NCBI RefSeq assembly: GCF_048593235.1
Contig: NC_133619.1
Location: forward strand, 604,664,558 to 604,728,557
Direction of reading: 5' to 3'
DNA: 64,000 nucleotides
From: Sminthopsis crassicaudata
Lineage: Eukaryota
The position numbers and the translations under genes were made by a program. Within the stretch, counting starts at the first letter, position 1, and every line of letters starts with the position of its first letter. The notes under the pieces are model-generated. The model made no database searches, was not told the origin of the DNA, and worked only from the letters and a program-made list of their open reading frames with translations. Positions 62,351 through 64,000 of this stretch are shown one piece after another.

Positions 62351-64000
62351 AATTCTAGGACTGTGGGGAAATGGACACTGTTGGTGATATTGTAAAAAAG
62401 TGAAAAATTTTGGAAGAAGAATATTGGTACAAATCCATTGCAAGGACTTAATTTTAAAAATATAATTGTAAAAGGAAATTTACAAGGTACTCCATCTCAG
62501 ACAGTCCATGTATGGAATATTATATTTAATTATATTATATCATATGTTATATTAAGTTCAGTGATATGATATTCAATTACTACAATTTAGGAAAGTCAAA
62601 GATAAGCTAAAATGTATTTAGTAGAGACAGCCAGGATGGTGTGAGAATTGAAGAATTGGTTATTTGGAATAGCGGAAAAGCAACACACAACCGATGTAAT
62701 CAAAGATTAGCAAATGGCAAAATACAATTTGGCACATTAATGTAATGGAGCATTATAGTCTTTTGAAAAACAAGCCTGTAAGGATAATCAAGACCATTAC
62801 TCTTGGTTAAATGAACTAGAGGAGGAAATGGCAAATCACTTTAGGATCTCTGCCAAGAAAACCTCAAGTGGGGTCACAAAGAGCATGAAACAACTCAGCA
62901 ACAACAAGGGGAACCTAAGACCAACCTGGAAAGGAACAGGACAAATGCAATTTTTTGTTTGTTGTTCCTTAACTCACTTGTTCTGCTTTGCTAAATGCAA
63001 AGGTATGATTTTATTCTTTATTTTTCTTTTTTAAATGTTGTTTGTCTTTGTTGATATATAAGCTTTAATTTTTTTTTAAAAGATACACCAGCATTTGAGC
63101 AGAGTCCAATTCTAGCTGTATTAACATGGGCAGATTGTTTTACCTCTTTAATCTTCAGTTCATTCACATGCAAAACGGTTTTAATTATACCTGCAACATC
63201 TAATTCACAGAAATATTGCTAAGGAAGTTTATAAACTTTAACATGTGACTATTATTATTAGGCAAAGCAGTCAATTCCTCTGGGCTTCAGTTTTCTTTAG
63301 TTTCCTCATTTGTAAATGGAAGAAATGGAAAAGATGACTTTTAAGGTTCCAATCATTAATGCTGTGATTCTGAATTTCTTTAAGATACAGGATTCTATGA
63401 AACTGTACAGCCAGCAAAGCCTTATTTGAAAGCGCCACCTACCGTCCTCATTTTGAATTGGGAATCAAAGAAAGGTAAGCAAAAAAGTGATGGAGTATTC
63501 CCTCTCCTGCTGTTTGGACCACATTAGTTGCAGGAGTTGAGGGTGATTTGAATCAGGTTTGGGGTTAGTAAAGTGGTACATAGCTCTGACTATTACCTAG
63601 AGCTAGCTCCTGAGCCCTCAGTTTCCACATTCATTAGATGATAGCAGCTAGGTGGCGCCATAGTGCATAGAATGTTGGATTTGGAGTCAAAAGGCTCATC
63701 TTCCTAGGCTCAAATGTGGCCCTCAGACTGGCTGTGTAATCCTGGGCAAATGGCTTAATCCTGCTTGCCTCAGTTTCCTCATCAGTAAAATGAGCTGGAG
63801 AAGAAAATGACAAACCATTTCAGGATCTTTGCCAAGAGACCCCAAAAGGGGTCATGAAGAGTCAAACACGTCTGAACAACAATGACAAAAATACTGACTC
63901 TCTTGCTGGGCTGTCCTGAGAACTAAACTAATGTTCTCTGTTTTGGGTTCCTGGGGTCTCTGGGAGCAGCCTTTGTTTCAGTTCAGTGATCACTACACGA

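Noticed and set aside
34600-64000. PDIK1L or TRIM63 exons expected from synteny
   Set aside because: I found no kinase or RING/B-box-like coding sequence; these genes probably lie beyond the right edge

Overview
Mammalian genomic DNA, almost certainly marsupial and probably dasyurid-like, judged from the CORE-SINE/WSINE-type SINEs, marsupial L1 3' ends and RTE fossils. The left half holds five genes reconstructed exon by exon from GT-AG sites and translation: CNKSR1 (minus strand, coding exons 1-13, running off the left edge), ZNF593OS (plus, 63-aa transmembrane microprotein), ZNF593 (minus, 3 exons, 133 aa), C1orf232 (plus, 4 coding exons) and FAM110D (minus, one 267-aa coding exon plus a probable non-coding first exon). 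This is the human 1p36.11 gene order as I recall it, reversed. From about 34.6 kb to the right edge the DNA is TE-dense intergenic sequence (L1, L2, RTE, CORE-SINEs) with a few non-repetitive islands. I found no wholly new gene system. The best second-look items are: a frame conflict at the C1orf232 last-exon acceptor; the complete ZNF593OS microprotein gene; a back-to-back poly(A) signal pair shared by C1orf232 and FAM110D; a uORF ending 1 nt before the FAM110D start; a 33-bp minisatellite family apparently grown from SINE 3' tails; and a 172-bp local duplication inserted into an L1. The N-runs suggest a masked or reference-guided consensus, so single-base claims need read-level checks. Orthology calls come from remembered human protein sequences, not from an alignment or database search. 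Repeat family names and most repeat boundaries are approximate.
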